A stretch of 64,000 bases of DNA from Eledone cirrhosa (taxonomy: Eukaryota), in the NCBI GenBank assembly GCA_964016885.1, contig OZ024744.1, forward strand, positions 74,772,001 to 74,836,000, in the 5' to 3' direction. The position numbers and the translations under genes are program-made. The notes under the pieces are model-generated. The model saw only the letters and a program-made list of their open reading frames with translations. It was not told the origin of the DNA and searched no databases. Every line of letters starts with the position of its first letter. Position 1 is the stretch's first letter. Positions 1-15,105 of this stretch are shown piece by piece.

Positions 1-2638
1 TTAATGATACAACTATTCAAAGTAAAAAAATTGAATAGAAACCCTTATCAATTTTAATTAATTTTATAAAAGTTAAATAAACATTATGGAGCACTCCATA
101 TGGAACAAAATTTAAGTCACTAATGCCGATAGAAAATAAGATATTCCAATAAATGAGCTAATATATTCATCGAAAATATATTAATTTCCGTTATGACGAC
201 TGACGTTATCCAAAGTAAAAATTCCAATTAAAACTATGGTGGACAAAAAGGAACAGAAAGAAGTAAAACTATGGAGGACAAGAAGGAACATAAATGTATA
301 ATATATATATTCAATAAGGCAAAGATTAAGTGTAGAAAGAATGACGTTCATTAGCCGTAGATGTAGAAGACTAAAATTAAACTATTAGTTAGTCAAAGAG
401 ACAATAAGATACACTCCAACGAAGGATGAATATAAAGGTAGAAGTATATAAGTCGACAAAGGATGAGTATAAAGATAGAGATATAATAATGGACAAGGAA
501 CTCAATAGGTTAAATCAGCTAAAAAACTAGAAAACTATAAATCAATAAACCGAAGACAACTAATAATAATAATAATGAACTAAAAAAGCCAAAGTGATAA
601 GGAATCCAAACAGCTAATGAATACGAATACGCCACAGAGAATTGTGTTATACATATAACTAAAAATCAACACACATATACATAGTCACAACAAAAATATA
701 TATCTATTAAATATACCTACAGATACAAAACCCTATACCCACAGAACCAATCATATGCTAAACTTACACATATCAACCAGCTTAAGAGAATGTGTGTATC
801 CATTCGCCAATGGTGATGAAGTATTTACGTCCAGCTATAGAAGACCCCATGCTATATAGACACCATAACTCACAGAAAAGAGTAAGTGGTATATTATGAA
901 GCATAAAGAATATTTAAAAAAAATATATATATATATATATAAAAAAATATCAAGACAAGACGTCCAAACCAGAGTAGCAAAGTGAGATTCCGAAAAATCA
1001 ACTACCTGAGCTTTTAGGTTTATAATAGAAGAAGGAATTAGAGATAGCATGTGGACAGGATGAAAAGATTTCCGATTTTCTATTTAGTAATACGTTTTTA
1101 GAGAAAATTATACAATGGGTTTCTAGAATGCAAAGATTACAGAATTTAGCGTGGGTGGAATAATGGTTAGAATGGGCTACAATGCGCCAATGCAGACTGT
1201 ACGGTATACCAGTCCCTTTTAAATCCCAAATATGATGCGCCAAAGAAGTTGAGTTTTAAATTTATATGTTTAAAGTTAGAGACATGCAAATTAAATCTCG
1301 TTTTAAATGTATTAGATGCGGAGCATATATAAGTTTTACAAGATGAATTAGTCCTAACATCACATGCATAGACAATAGTCTTAGTGAGGCAGTAACCATT
1401 TAAAGGGCAGCTATTACTTCTTCTACAATTACACTTACTGGTATTAGTGATTAGCTCATTTCGCGAAATATTATTCCTAGGGTTATTTGACAACAAGTCC
1501 TGCTCGGGTGATACATTATTAATAGAACTATTAAAATTAGTAGTAAGTAAAGAGCAGTAGCCGTCCCTAATTTTCTTATTATTCGTGCTAGCAAGATGTG
1601 AACTAATGTTAGGGGGAGTAGAAAAGGAGAGTTTGATGACATTCTTATTGAAGATACTATGATATTTATTAGCAGGGGGGAAATTTTTCTCCAAAATAGA
1701 AAAGAAAGACCTAGGGATACTAGTTAGTACATCAAAATTATAAGGTGGGTTGAAGTAGGTATTAAGCCTTCTCCTATTCTTACCTTTACTATTCCTATCA
1801 CGTATCGTATCCATAGGATCAGGGTTTATGTCAGGACCAATTGAATTAACACTAGTAGAAACCGCTATAATATTACCACTGGGTGTACGTTCAGAGCGTC
1901 TATCCTGTCCATTACAACTAAGTTGACAATGTGTACCATTAGACACACTATTATAATTACTATTGCGGTTGGTATTCGAAGGGTGCGGTTTGGATTTATC
2001 TATAAAATTTGTAAAATTCCTATGTTTTCTACCGGCATTAAAGGCCATATTGTGGGATATCACGTTACTATGGGTAATCGGAGTCATTTCTAGGTTGTCA
2101 TCTTTATAATGTGGCCTACCAGAGTAACCAGAGTTAGCTAGTGCATTATTATAATACTCAGCATGCGAGTTAAAATTCCTATTTCTTTAGAGAGTGTGGA
2201 GATCCTATTGGATACACCGTAAATAATAGAACTAATAATAGATTTAGGGTGGTTGGAATTAGGATTGACGTGAGAGAGTGTCTCAATGGGCTTGTGGAAG
2301 GGTTTATAATTATTAGTAACTAAGACTAATGTCACGTCTAAAAAATTAACTGCTCTATCGTTCCTATCAATCGTGATCGAAAGGTTCAAATAAAAAATAA
2401 AAAGTATATAACATCTTCCTATTATGTTCAATATTATTAGTACTAGAGTTTATCATAAATAATGCATCATCACGATAAAGTCCACCTTTAAGGTGCGGAA
2501 AGCTAACATAAAGCTCGTTTAAGAGGTACAGCCCAACAAGATCAGTCACCTGCGAAGAATCAATCGAAACCATGGTAACGTCAAAATTATTGGGTTTATT
2601 CTTAAGCGTGCAAAGTGTATCCTCGAATTCGATGAGAG
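1..2638 (-). mobile_element. Naiad-type Penelope-like retroelement, 5'-truncated and frameshifted (RT C-terminus, linker, GIY-YIG, 3' UTR running off the window)
   Basis: ORF pieces 998-2636 give [10 protein letters not shown] (RT), VNFLDVTL, YKPFHKP..SNHPKSI, YFNPPY, CNCRRSNSCPLNGYC (CxCx5C linker), TIVY..YICS..FKTRF..H and CNLCILE (GIY-YIG). The 5' end abuts a (TA)n array. Confidence 0.9.
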
Positions 2639-3290
<652 letters not shown>

Positions 3291-3299
3291 TAAATAAAC

Positions 3300-3560
3300 A
3301 ATAAAAAAAAAAATAAAAAAAAATAAAAAAAAATAAAAATAAAAATAAAAATAAAAATAAAAATAAAAATAAAAATAAAAATAAAACTAAAAATAAAAAT
3401 AAAAATAAAAATAAAAATAAAAATAAAAATAAAAATAAAAATAAAAATAAAAATAAAAATAAAAATAAAAATAAAAATAAAAATAAAAATAAAAATAAAA
3501 ATAAAAATAAAAATAAAAATAAAAATAAAAATAAAAATAAAAATAAAAATAAAAATAAAA
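3300..3560. repeat. (AAAAAT)n microsatellite
   Basis: Hexamer tandem, translated as IFIFIF in the ORF track. Confidence 0.95.
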
Positions 3561-3765
3561 AGTTGGGAATACGACAAATAATAAATAAAAATATATATAT
3601 AATAAATGCTTATAGCAGATTTAGAGCGCTCAACAAGTTCCTGGAGCAAAAGATCAATGAAAATAATCCTTAAATCACTATATGTAATGATGCATATACA
3701 TACACCCTTATACATATATACATTTACACATATATATACACACATATATATACACACATATATAT

Positions 3766-3796
<31 letters not shown>

Positions 3797-3834
3797 AACA
3801 CAACCACAGAAATGCCCACACATATACAATTACG

Positions 3835-3868
<34 letters not shown>

Positions 3869-4015
3869 TAGGAAAAAGTCTGACCCCACGGCAGAGCTCA
3901 AGCCGTTTCTGAGGCTATTATATATATATACACACAAAACAATTATATAAAAAAATACATATACACGCACAAATATACACACGCCCATACACACACATTA
4001 AATCTATATATACAC

Positions 4016-4092
<77 letters not shown>

Positions 4093-4277
4093 AATATATA
4101 CACACATACATACATACGAATATATACACACACGCGCACAAATACAACAGAAATATATAATATATACGATTATATATACATATACATATACATACAGATA
4201 GATATAAACATACATACACACATATATACATACACATATACATATACACCTAGATATACTTACACATATATATATAC

Positions 4278-4308
<31 letters not shown>

Positions 4309-4344
4309 CATATACATATACACACACATACATATACGCAACAC

Positions 4345-5458
4345 AAAAAAAGAATTTTAATATCTATAAATTAAAAAAATTTTGGCATGTGAAGGGTAAG
4401 GCAAAAATATAGGGGGGGGGGAATAAATGACATAGGAAAAGGTTTAAATATAAGGGGAGATGAGGGAGAAAGAGAATACAAGAGTACAGAACGTGGATTC
4501 AGCAGGTAAAAAAAACCGTAGTGGAAGTAAAGAACAGGAAAGGAGTTCAAGGTGGTTGAGTTATCATAGGAATGTTAATCCAGTTACAGATCAGATGTGA
4601 TTTCAGATGAGGACAACATCTGAAGATCTCGGTCTTTGAGTTCAGGCAAGCAGAAGTGGTTTTCAAGTTTAGCAAAATCCTATATTTTTCTGTGGTACAC
4701 AAATAACAATTTTTTGTGCCCCTTTGGTACTCCCTCGAATGGTCTAAAATAGAACAATCGATAGAGTACGGGATGTTTTTATCCTTGAATTCCCACACCT
4801 TACTTGCGAGGGCCGTTGCTGTTCGTTTATCGGAGTGCTTAAAAGAAGCGACATGTGCATAAAACCTATCCTGGGTGATGCCAACATATCGCTCACTCCT
4901 GGCTGGCCGGTTGTTGATTAAAGGTGTCACTTTAGCCTCATAAACAACAGATTTGGTGTTACATTTGCCCTGTAATGGGCATTCGTCCGGCTTCCTGCAA
5001 CTCCCTCCTGGATTTGTTCTCGTATGATTTGAATTAGTGATCTTGGACTTCATTGATGGGCAACAGGACTAACTGATCTTAACTACATTTCTATTAAATA
5101 TCTTAAAATATCTATGGTTAGGAGGAAAATGTTTATCTAAGAGTTCAAGGAATTTCCTTCCTACATTAGTTTTGAAAGTTAGAGAGAAGGGGGGTGTAAA
5201 CCAACTAATTTTTCTTTTCCTATTATTGTGGTTAGTTTTAGGGAGGGAGTAGGTAAATAATAAATACGTTCTGTAAAACCGCTGATTTTAAGGGCTTTAT
5301 TATATTAAGGGGTGGCTTTATTAAAAATGTCTATAGACGAAGATAAGGTAGAAATCCTACGGCTAATGTTGGGAATAAGATTTTTAAAAACTATAGGGTG
5401 ATGGCAAGACTCTTTGTTTATATACCTGAGATTTTCATTAGGTTTATGATAAGGTTTA
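4345..5458 (-). mobile_element. Naiad-type PLE fragment (RT thumb to GIY-YIG), frameshifted
   Basis: YKPYHKPNENLRYINKESCHHP, ISWFTPPFS, CRKPDECPLQGKC, SVVYEA..YVGIT..RFYAH, CYLCTTEK, CCPH. The 5' end lies in (TA)n. Confidence 0.9.
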
Positions 5459-5480
5459 TATATATATATATATATATAAA

Positions 5481-5512
<32 letters not shown>

Positions 5513-5579
5513 GTATATATATATATTTGTATATATATATATATTTGTATATATAAATATATGTATATATATATATATA

Positions 5580-6800
5580 GAATCACAAGATTTTAATTAT
5601 GATTTTGATTTTGATTTTGAATTTGAATTTGAATTGCTGTACAAAAATAGTATAGTCTAATATATGTCACTCACTGTACACCCCTTAATGGATGGTAATC
5701 ATCCTAATATATACACCCTTGTACTTCTTAATGGACAACTCTCTAACCTATAAATGGGAAATATACTCTAGAAATTAGTTATAACTTCATATGATAGGCA
5801 CGTATTTGAATCACCATTAATGTAGTTTAGGATAATAATTTAACCAAGATAACTAGCTAGTTACCTCCCCTTACGCTTTAACTCCCCTTAGTCATTCAGA
5901 CACTTCCGGAATCTAAACAGCATGATCTATTAATTAAGAACCGACTGGATACGGTATATAATTTGATTATATGCTGAGCCATCGTGAATTATACGATAGA
6001 CACGTGTTCTATATATTGCGTCTCATGGATTATGTGAGTGGTGAGCGAAGACAGTGGTACGGCTTTGCCTACGATACAATAAGGTTTATAGTATGTTGAA
6101 AGTTTCTGATATTTTGGTGTTTCCCTGCATCCGGGACTGTATATCATACAGATGTATGCGAATAAATGACTTACTAATTCAGCCCACATAATAAGATCGA
6201 TTGCCTGCTTCAACTGCCTGACCCTGCAAATATCATTCTGACGCACTCTAATCATGTATAAATAAGACACGCGTGCATGCTACACGTGAGATTGTTTCAT
6301 ACACTGACTACTCTAAACTTTCCTCTTGCTTTATCTTCATAGACTGCCAACGCTTCATGTTTATCTTTATTTTCATTTTTGTTTTTATTTTTATTTTTAT
6401 TTTTATCCTGTAACCTTTATATGTAAATTGCGATGCTATATCATTTGATGAATGTCACCCCACTGTTGATCAATATGCGCATATGTCTTATATGTCTCTT
6501 GGGTTGAAAAGGAGGTCAAGTATGTTATAGATCAGTAAATAGTTGCTCCGAAGAATCCAAACCTCGGTTTGGAGGAAACAATTGTAAGCAAATACATGAC
6601 TTAAACTGAACTTTGATTATTGTAAGCTCTATATAACTGGTCTGTAAAACAACTGATGCTATTACATTGAGCTATTTATCTTACTGGTAATAGGATAGTA
6701 ATTAATGACTATCTTTCACTATTTAGGGTTTGTATAAATAATATATTACCATCTAAGGTTTTATTACATACATAACCATAAATAGTATCCTTAATACTAT
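5580..6800 (+). mobile_element. Probable PLE 3' UTR or solo pseudo-LTR carrying a hammerhead
   Basis: Non-coding block bounded by (TA)n on both sides, with an HHR fold about 200 nt from its right end. Confidence 0.5.
6543..6591 (+). ncRNA. Type I hammerhead ribozyme, CCGAAGA (U4C) core
   Basis: UUGCU-CCGAAGA-A UCCAAACC UC GGUUUGGA G-GAA-ACAAUUGU-A-AGCAA: stem I 5 bp, stem II 8 bp, palindromic stem III, GUA triplet. Confidence 0.75.
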
Positions 6801-6807
6801 ATATATG

Positions 6808-6838
<31 letters not shown>

Positions 6839-6839
6839 G

Positions 6840-7032
<193 letters not shown>

Positions 7033-7057
7033 TTATATATATATGTATATATATATG

Positions 7058-7102
<45 letters not shown>

Positions 7103-7150
7103 GTATATATATGTATATATATGTATATATATGTATATATGTATATATAT

Positions 7151-7260
7151 ATTCTCTTTTACTCTTTTACCTGTTTCAGCCATCCGGCTGAGGCCATGCT
7201 GGGGCACCGCCCTTGTTGCTACACATTTTATCTCCAGCCTGTATAGGTTGGCCACTCGTG
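7151..7260 (-). mobile_element. Short 5'-truncated 3'-end copy of the CR1-group LINE
   Basis: Near-identical to 7925-8034, including the (GTAAAAGA) tail. Confidence 0.88.
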
Positions 7261-7280
7261 TATATATGTTTATATATATG

Positions 7281-7327
<47 letters not shown>

Positions 7328-7328
7328 G

Positions 7329-7363
<35 letters not shown>

Positions 7364-7384
7364 GTATATCTATACATCTATATA

Positions 7385-7471
<87 letters not shown>

Positions 7472-7512
7472 GTATATATATATGTATATATATATATGTA
7501 TATATATATATG

Positions 7513-7543
<31 letters not shown>

Positions 7544-7570
7544 GTATATATATATGTATATATATGTATA

Positions 7571-7633
<63 letters not shown>

Positions 7634-7637
<4 letters not shown>

Positions 7638-7760
7638 TCTTTTACTCTTTTACTCTTTTACTCTTTTACCTGTTTCAGCCATCCGGCTGAGGCCATGCTG
7701 GGGCACCGCCCTTGTTGCTACACATTTTATCTCCAGCCTGTATAGGTTGGCCACTGGTGT
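7634..7760 (-). mobile_element. Short 5'-truncated 3'-end copy of the CR1-group LINE
   Basis: Same block as 7151-7260 with a longer (GTAAAAGA)n tail. Confidence 0.88.
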
Positions 7761-7779
7761 ATATATGTATATATATATG

Positions 7780-7824
<45 letters not shown>

Positions 7825-7839
7825 GTATATATATGTATA

Positions 7840-7924
<85 letters not shown>

Positions 7925-7926
<2 letters not shown>

Positions 7927-10552
7927 TCTCTTTTACTCTTTTACCTGTTTCAGCCATCCGGCTGAGGCCATGCTGGGGCACCGCCCTTGTTGCTACACAT
8001 TTTATCTCCAGCCTGTATTGATTGGCCACTGGTGTAAGAGGGAGTTTGTTGCTGCAGCTCTTAGGTTCCCTCGTGTCTTGCTGTGGGCTCATCCGGGATC
8101 CAGGATAACAAGGTGTCGAGATGTTTCTTGAAGACATCCACCTCCACGTTATGCAAGTCTCTCAGATCCCTCGGCAGCCTGTTGAAGAGTTGAGGGCCCT
8201 TGAATCCCAGGCTATTGCAATACCTGCTCCTTATTCTAGATGTGGAAGACGGGACCTTTGGCACCACACAGTGACGTCCTCTTCGACGGTTGGTTCAGCT
8301 CCCAATGCCAAAGTTTGGTGCTAGTCCCTCCAGGATGTTCCACATGTAGATCACTGCGTATCTATCCCGTCTTCGCTCCAAGGAGTAGAGGTTCAGTTCC
8401 TTTAGCCTCTCCCAGTAGCTTGTCTCCCTCATCTTGGCAATCCTCTTGATGTAGCTTCGCTGGATTGCCTCAAGCTCCGTGGTTAGTTTGACACTATGGG
8501 GTGACCACAACTGGGAGCAGTAGTCCAGGCGGCTTAGGACAAATATCCTCGATAGTGTCAACATGGTGTCTCGATCTCTTGTCCGGAAGGTCCTCAAGAT
8601 CCAGCCAGCGAGTCGTCTGCACATTGTCACCACGTCATGATGTGTGAAGAAAAAGATGCATCATCGCTCATGTCTATGCCCAGGTCTCGTATCGATTTTG
8701 ACACGGAGATATCGATCCCTCCTGGTCCTGTGTAGTTGTGTTCCACTATATTTGTGTTTGCAGGTTTGTTTGGAGGTTTGTATTGTAGGGCTTGGAATTT
8801 GCCAGCATTAAACTGCATGTTGTTTTCTTCCGCCCATTTGTATGTGGCATCCAGATCCTGCTGTAAAAGGGCAGCGTCAGCCGGATTTTTGATTGCCTGT
8901 GCTACCTTAGTGTCATCAGCATAGCTAGTGAGGGATGTTGTTGTATGCACTACAGAGGTCATGTCTGAGAGAGCCACCAAAAACAGTAGTGGTCCCAGGA
9001 CTGTCCCCTGGGGCACCCCACTTGTTATTGGTGTTTCCCTCGAGAGGGCCCCATTTGCTGCGACTGCCTGGCTTCTGTCCCTTAGGAAGCCATGCAGCCA
9101 CTCACCTACTTTTCCAGTTATGCCGAGTCGGTGTAGTTTGTGACATATCATTCCGTGGTCGACCTTGTCAAAGGCCTTCGCAAAGTCAAGATATATCACG
9201 TCCACATGTGAGCTGTCTAGTAGTTGTCTCAGTACCCAGTCGTAGTGATGTAGCAGCTGTGTAAGGCAGCTTCTTCCTGGGCGGAAGCCATGTTGCGTGC
9301 TCGTCAGGCGGTTATTTTCCTCGAGGAAAGTGATGAGTTTCTTTCTGATGACACGCTCCATGACCTTACTGATATGCGACGTCAGGGAGACTGGCCTATA
9401 GTGTTTGGCCTCCACACTGCTACCTCCTTTATGGAGAGGGCATATTGTGCCTTCTTTCAGCTCCCTGGGTAGTACACCGCTAGCCAAGGAGCTTCTGAAG
9501 AGCATCTTCAGTGGAGTTGCTAAGGCCCGCTTACATATTTTAAAGAGAACTGCTGGGAATCCATCAGGTCCAGCAGCCGAGTCTGTTCTAATTTCATCAA
9601 TGGCGTACACCACATCCTCCTCCGTTATGTCTATGTGGTTGATGGTTGCATTTCTTGATGTAGTGTTGTGGCATCAAAGAACTCCTCTGGCTTCGTTATT
9701 TGCATGTGCCTCAGTGGACATGTGAACACACTTTTGTACTGTTCGTTCAGTATTTCACATATCTCTTGGGGATTTTCGGTTAATGAACCGTCCGTGTGGA
9801 AGAGTGGCCCAATCTTGCAGTGTATTGAGGCAGTTTCTTTTGCAAATTTAAAGAAGGCCTTAGGGTCTGTTTTAATGTTTTCTATGGCCCTGTTCTCTTT
9901 CTTTTCCCTCCCATTCTTATGGGAAAGTTTGAGTGCTATCTCGATGTCAAGTAGTGCACGTTTCAAATAGGATTCCTTCTTGTTTTTGTTTTGTTGACTA
10001 TTCAACTGGTTTGAGAGTATAGTTCTACGTCTCATAAGGATTTTCCTATCTCTGGGAATAAGATTTTTGTGTCTGTTTGCCTCTTTCTCCGGGACAAACT
10101 TTTTGCATATAGTGTGTATCGCTGTCATGAAGTGTTGAAATTGTGTGTTAGTGTCTTGTGTGGCGGTGTTTTCACTCCATGTTTGCTTTCGGATTTCTCT
10201 CTTAATCTTTTTCCAGTTAGCCTTGAAGAAGTTAAGGCTGGATAGCGTCCCGGAGTTTCTTGGTGGTTTTGTCTCTGTTGGTTCTCTTGGACCACATATC
10301 ATTAGCTCTATTAAGTTATGATCCGAGAGAATTGTTGGTGTCACCTCTACATTGTGGATGAGCACTTCGTTGTTTGTAAAACAGAGGTCCAGGACATTTT
10401 CGCCTCTTGTTGGGAGGAGTATTGCTTGCTCCGTGAACAGCCTGTGTGTGAGGGCCAGCAGGGATTCCGTCTGTCTCTGTTCTATTGACGTCATTCCAGG
10501 GAGGAGGTGGCCCTCAGGCCATTTGACCTTTGGTAGGTTGAAGTCTCCCAGC

Positions 10553-10553
<1 letters not shown>
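7925..10553 (-). mobile_element. CR1-group LINE ORF2 (APE C-terminus plus RT), 5'-truncated, with frameshifts
   Basis: LGDFNLP, TRGENVLDL, LSDHNLI (APE); GPDG, YRPVSLTS, QHGFRPGRSC, YLDFAKAFDKVDH, SGVPQGTVLGPLLF, YADD (RT); SRLDYCSQLWSP, SYWERLKELNLYSLERRR. Both ends lie in (TA)n. Confidence 0.93.
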
Positions 10554-10601
<48 letters not shown>

Positions 10602-10602
10602 A

Positions 10603-11312
10603 GTATGTACACGTACATACATATATGTATACATACGTACAGTAGAATGTATATATATACACATACATGCACACATATATATATGTACGTATGGATTCAC
10701 CGAACATTTATTATAACGCTCGGTGTGTTATTAGCTATCGTCAGCAACGTATACCTTCCTGCCAGATTGTTGAACGTATATACTTACCTTATGCATATTA
10801 ACGGCTGAGTAACCCAATTTGCATATCGAGCGGGTTAATCGGCCGGGTGCACGGAAAACGATAAACGGAAAAAATGAAATGAAATGAAATTTCCAACTCT
10901 TAGTACGGCTGTTACTTAAATATAACTATGTACACGTACATGCATATATGTATACAGACGTACAGTAGTACAGTGTTTATATATATATACATACATGCAC
11001 ACATATATATATGTACGTATGGATTCACCGAACATTTATTATAACGCTCGGTGTGTTTGTAAACAAGCATCCCGTATTAAGCCGTAGTGTCTACCAACCA
11101 TCGTTGCTCGTTTGTTCAACACAGACAAAGGAACGCTGTACTAGTTTCAAGCTTATTAGCTATCGTCAGCAATGTATACCTTCTTGCCAATTTGTTGAAC
11201 GTATATACTTACCTTATGCATATTAACGGCTGAGTAGCCCAATTTGCATATCGAGTTTACAAACACACAGAGCGTTATAATAAATGTTCGGTGAATCCAT
11301 ACGTACATATAT
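10603..11312 (-). mobile_element. Non-coding hammerhead element (retrozyme-like): partial tandem monomers plus inverted 5' segment
   Basis: Direct repeats at about 10603-10830 and 10928-11255; 11256-11312 is the reverse complement of about 11006-11064. Confidence 0.75.
11133..11175 (-). ncRNA. Minimal type I hammerhead ribozyme
   Basis: Minus strand ACAUUG-CUGACGA-U AGCU AAUA AGCU U-GAA-ACUAGU-A-CAGCGU. The other repeat copy has ACGUUG, which fully pairs stem I. GUA triplet. Confidence 0.85.
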
Positions 11313-11411
11313 GCGATGAAATATCTATGATGGTTGGCAAATCACTGATGAGGGACTAATTTTATAATATGTAATCCATGTGCAACCACGCAGTATTCTT
11401 CTCCCCTTGTC

Positions 11412-11527
<116 letters not shown>

Positions 11528-11576
11528 GTATATATATATATATGTATATATATATATGTATATATATATATGTATA

Positions 11577-11640
<64 letters not shown>

Positions 11641-11697
11641 GATGTATATATATCTATGTATATATATATATATATGTGTATATATATATATATATAT

Positions 11698-13617
11698 AAT
11701 AACGCTCTTTCTAAAGCCGGCTATCCTGATAAAATCAAATATAGTAAAGAAACAAATTCTAGAAAAACTTACAGTAGAATAATTAATCATGATCATTCCA
11801 ATAACTTTAATAAAAGACCTAGATACAAAAACATAATCTGGTATAATGCTCCTTTCTCCATCTCTATTAATAACAATATTCCTAAATTATTCTTTAGTGC
11901 CTTAAATAAATGCTTCCCTCCTTCACATATCTATAGTAAAATATTTAACAAACACACCATAAAATGTTCTTATTCTACATCCTCCAATATTTCCAACATT
12001 ATCTCTAAACACAACAATAAAATACTAAATACTAAATCTCTTCCTTCCAACACTGAATTTCATAATAACAGTAATAGTACTCCCGACGTCATTGTAAACC
12101 CTAGGCTAATTTCTGTAAACCCAAATACAACGTCAAACACAACTTCGCTAAATGTTCATAATCCAACTCTATATCAAGAAACTATTATTCCTATCGCAAA
12201 CAACTTCTCCAATCCAATTCCTTCTATAGATAACACTAGGTCACTCATTAATAATCTCTCTAATTGCAACTGCCCTATTAAAAATAAATGTCCTCTCAAC
12301 AACCATTGTCTTGATAAAAACTTAATTTATGAATGTAAAGTTATAACTAGCACCAATTCCTTCACCTATTTTGGCTCCACTTCCACCTCTTTTAAAGCTC
12401 GTCTCTATAATCATCATTCATCTTTTAAATACAAACTTAAAAGAACCAACACGGCTCTCTCAGAACTCATATGGTCCTTGAAAGACAAAAACATTAAATA
12501 TACCATCTTTTGGAAGAAGGTTTCTTCTGCGTCTTTATACTTGAACAGCTCTATATCTAAAATCTGTAATCTCTGCCTAAATGAAAAATTTACCATTATC
12601 TCTAATCTAGATTCTATAATAAATAGACGTACAGATTTGTTTTCTATCTGCTTGCATAAATTCCATAAGACTTTTCACAAAGTATACAGCTAATATTCAA
12701 TTCTTTATCAATTTAGAATCTTTTCTCAAAGGCACATATACATACACCTCTTTTAAAATATACCCATCTTCCTACCTTACTTCAAAGGGTATTATACACT
12801 CGATAATACTTGTTTACTCATTACCCTCATTCTATCTTCACCTTGTAATATCCTTCGTAACATATACATTTGTTTTTGACGCTAGATTATTCATCCTTAA
12901 TTTATTATATTTTTATCTCCCCATCATCTAACTCATTCTTAATACATATTAACTCTTTCTTCGCACATATTATCAATTCCTTCAATATACAAACCTTAAC
13001 TTCACATTATTTTTCTCAAATCCTTCAATACACAAACCTTAATAATTTTTTCTCTTCGTTAATTTTCAAATTTCCATAATACTTGTAAACATACATACAA
13101 TTTTTTTTTTTTTTTGACGTTAGAATATTCATCCGCAATACATTATTCTTTTCTCTCTATCATCAAACTTTTTAATCTCAATACATATTAACTCCCTCTC
13201 CTTCTTCGTACATATTTTCCCTTCGTTAATTTTCAAATTCTTTTAATTTATACATTATCTTCCAACGGTTTTCAACCTCTCTATGTAAAACAATATATCT
13301 TTTCTCAGTTATAAAAACTATCTCTTTCTCTCTATCACCCAACTCTCCCTCTCCACCTTCACTCTCATCTCCTCCCCTTTTTTACATCCTTTCCACCCCC
13401 CCTCTCTAAACAAAATATTTTCCCAATATCACACATCAATCTAAAATTACTTTTCATATGTTGATTTAAAACTGCACTATCCACAAGTGTTTTTTAGCCT
13501 TCATATCATGTCCTCCTGTTTTATCTGATGAAAACACAAATATTATTGCATGATGATGTTTGTTTTTGAAATGCACATAATAAAATACATGGAACTCCTT
13601 TAACCATCTTTTGATCT
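11698..13617 (+). mobile_element. Naiad-type PLE, 5'-truncated, with open linker plus GIY-YIG ORF and a 3' UTR ending in a hammerhead
   Basis: Open frame to stop at 12693: [72 protein letters not shown]. (TA)n on both flanks. Confidence 0.93.
13517..13587 (+). ncRNA. Type I hammerhead ribozyme at the PLE 3' end
   Basis: UGUUUUAU-CUGAUGA(13525-31)-16-bp stem II with one mismatch and GCAU loop-GAA-AUG CA CAU-A-AUAAAAUA. AUA triplet. Confidence 0.85.
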
Positions 13618-14385
<768 letters not shown>

Positions 14386-14564
14386 AGAGAGAATTAGTAT
14401 ATTTACCAACATATGCGTACAGATGTACACTAATGCTAGCAAATACATAAGTCATGCCATAGTACGTAGGTGGTTCTATGCAGGGGGATGCAGAACAATT
14501 ATATGAAAGACGTAAAATAAGAACATTTTAAAAATTAAAAATTAACTTACTTACTAAAATGTTC

Positions 14565-14646
14565 ACTCCAACCTATTAGTTTCTGTAATGTGATAAAGAT
14601 AGTTACGCAATGTAACTGTCGAGAATTCATTACGTCATCAGGGAGT
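14565..14646 (-). ncRNA. Type I hammerhead with extended stem II
   Basis: ACUCC-CUGAUGA-C GUAAUG..GACAGUUAC AUUGC GUAACUAUC..CAUUAC A-GAA-AC..GU-U-GGAGU. GUU triplet. Confidence 0.82.
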
Positions 14647-15105
14647 CTATTCTCAGCTAAGTCTCCAGGCAATGCGCGGACACTAGGGACTCATATAAAA
14701 ATAATAATAATTCGGTGGATGGAACAGCTAGCGGGGACTGAATTCCAAAGCACTGAAAAAGTTCACTGTCTCTGGTCAAATGGCAGATTCTAAAGAATCA
14801 ATCACGTGACACTGAGGCTAGTGGGAAGGAGTGGGGTGGTAAAACGACTAAAGCCTACTACCACTACAATGAGTTAGTAGTGGATTTGGCAGGTTTTCTC
14901 AACAAATAAATAATATGGAGATAAATATAGAGAATTAGTATATTTACCAACATATGCGTACAGATGTACACTAATGCTAGCAAATACATAAGTTATGTCA
15001 TAGTACCTAGGTGGTCCAATGCAGGAGGGTGCAGAACAGTTATATGAATGACGTAAAATAAGAACATTTTAAAAATTAAGAATTAACTTACTTACTAAAA
15101 TTTTC

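Noticed and set aside
165-220. Possible minus-strand variant hammerhead (UGGAUAA..GAAA) in the first PLE 3' UTR
   Set aside because: Stem I does not pair and stem II is poor.
7151-8034. Repeat-spacer pattern resembling a CRISPR array
   Set aside because: The repeats are ~110-bp LINE 3' ends, the spacers are TA microsatellite, the context is eukaryotic and there are no cas genes.
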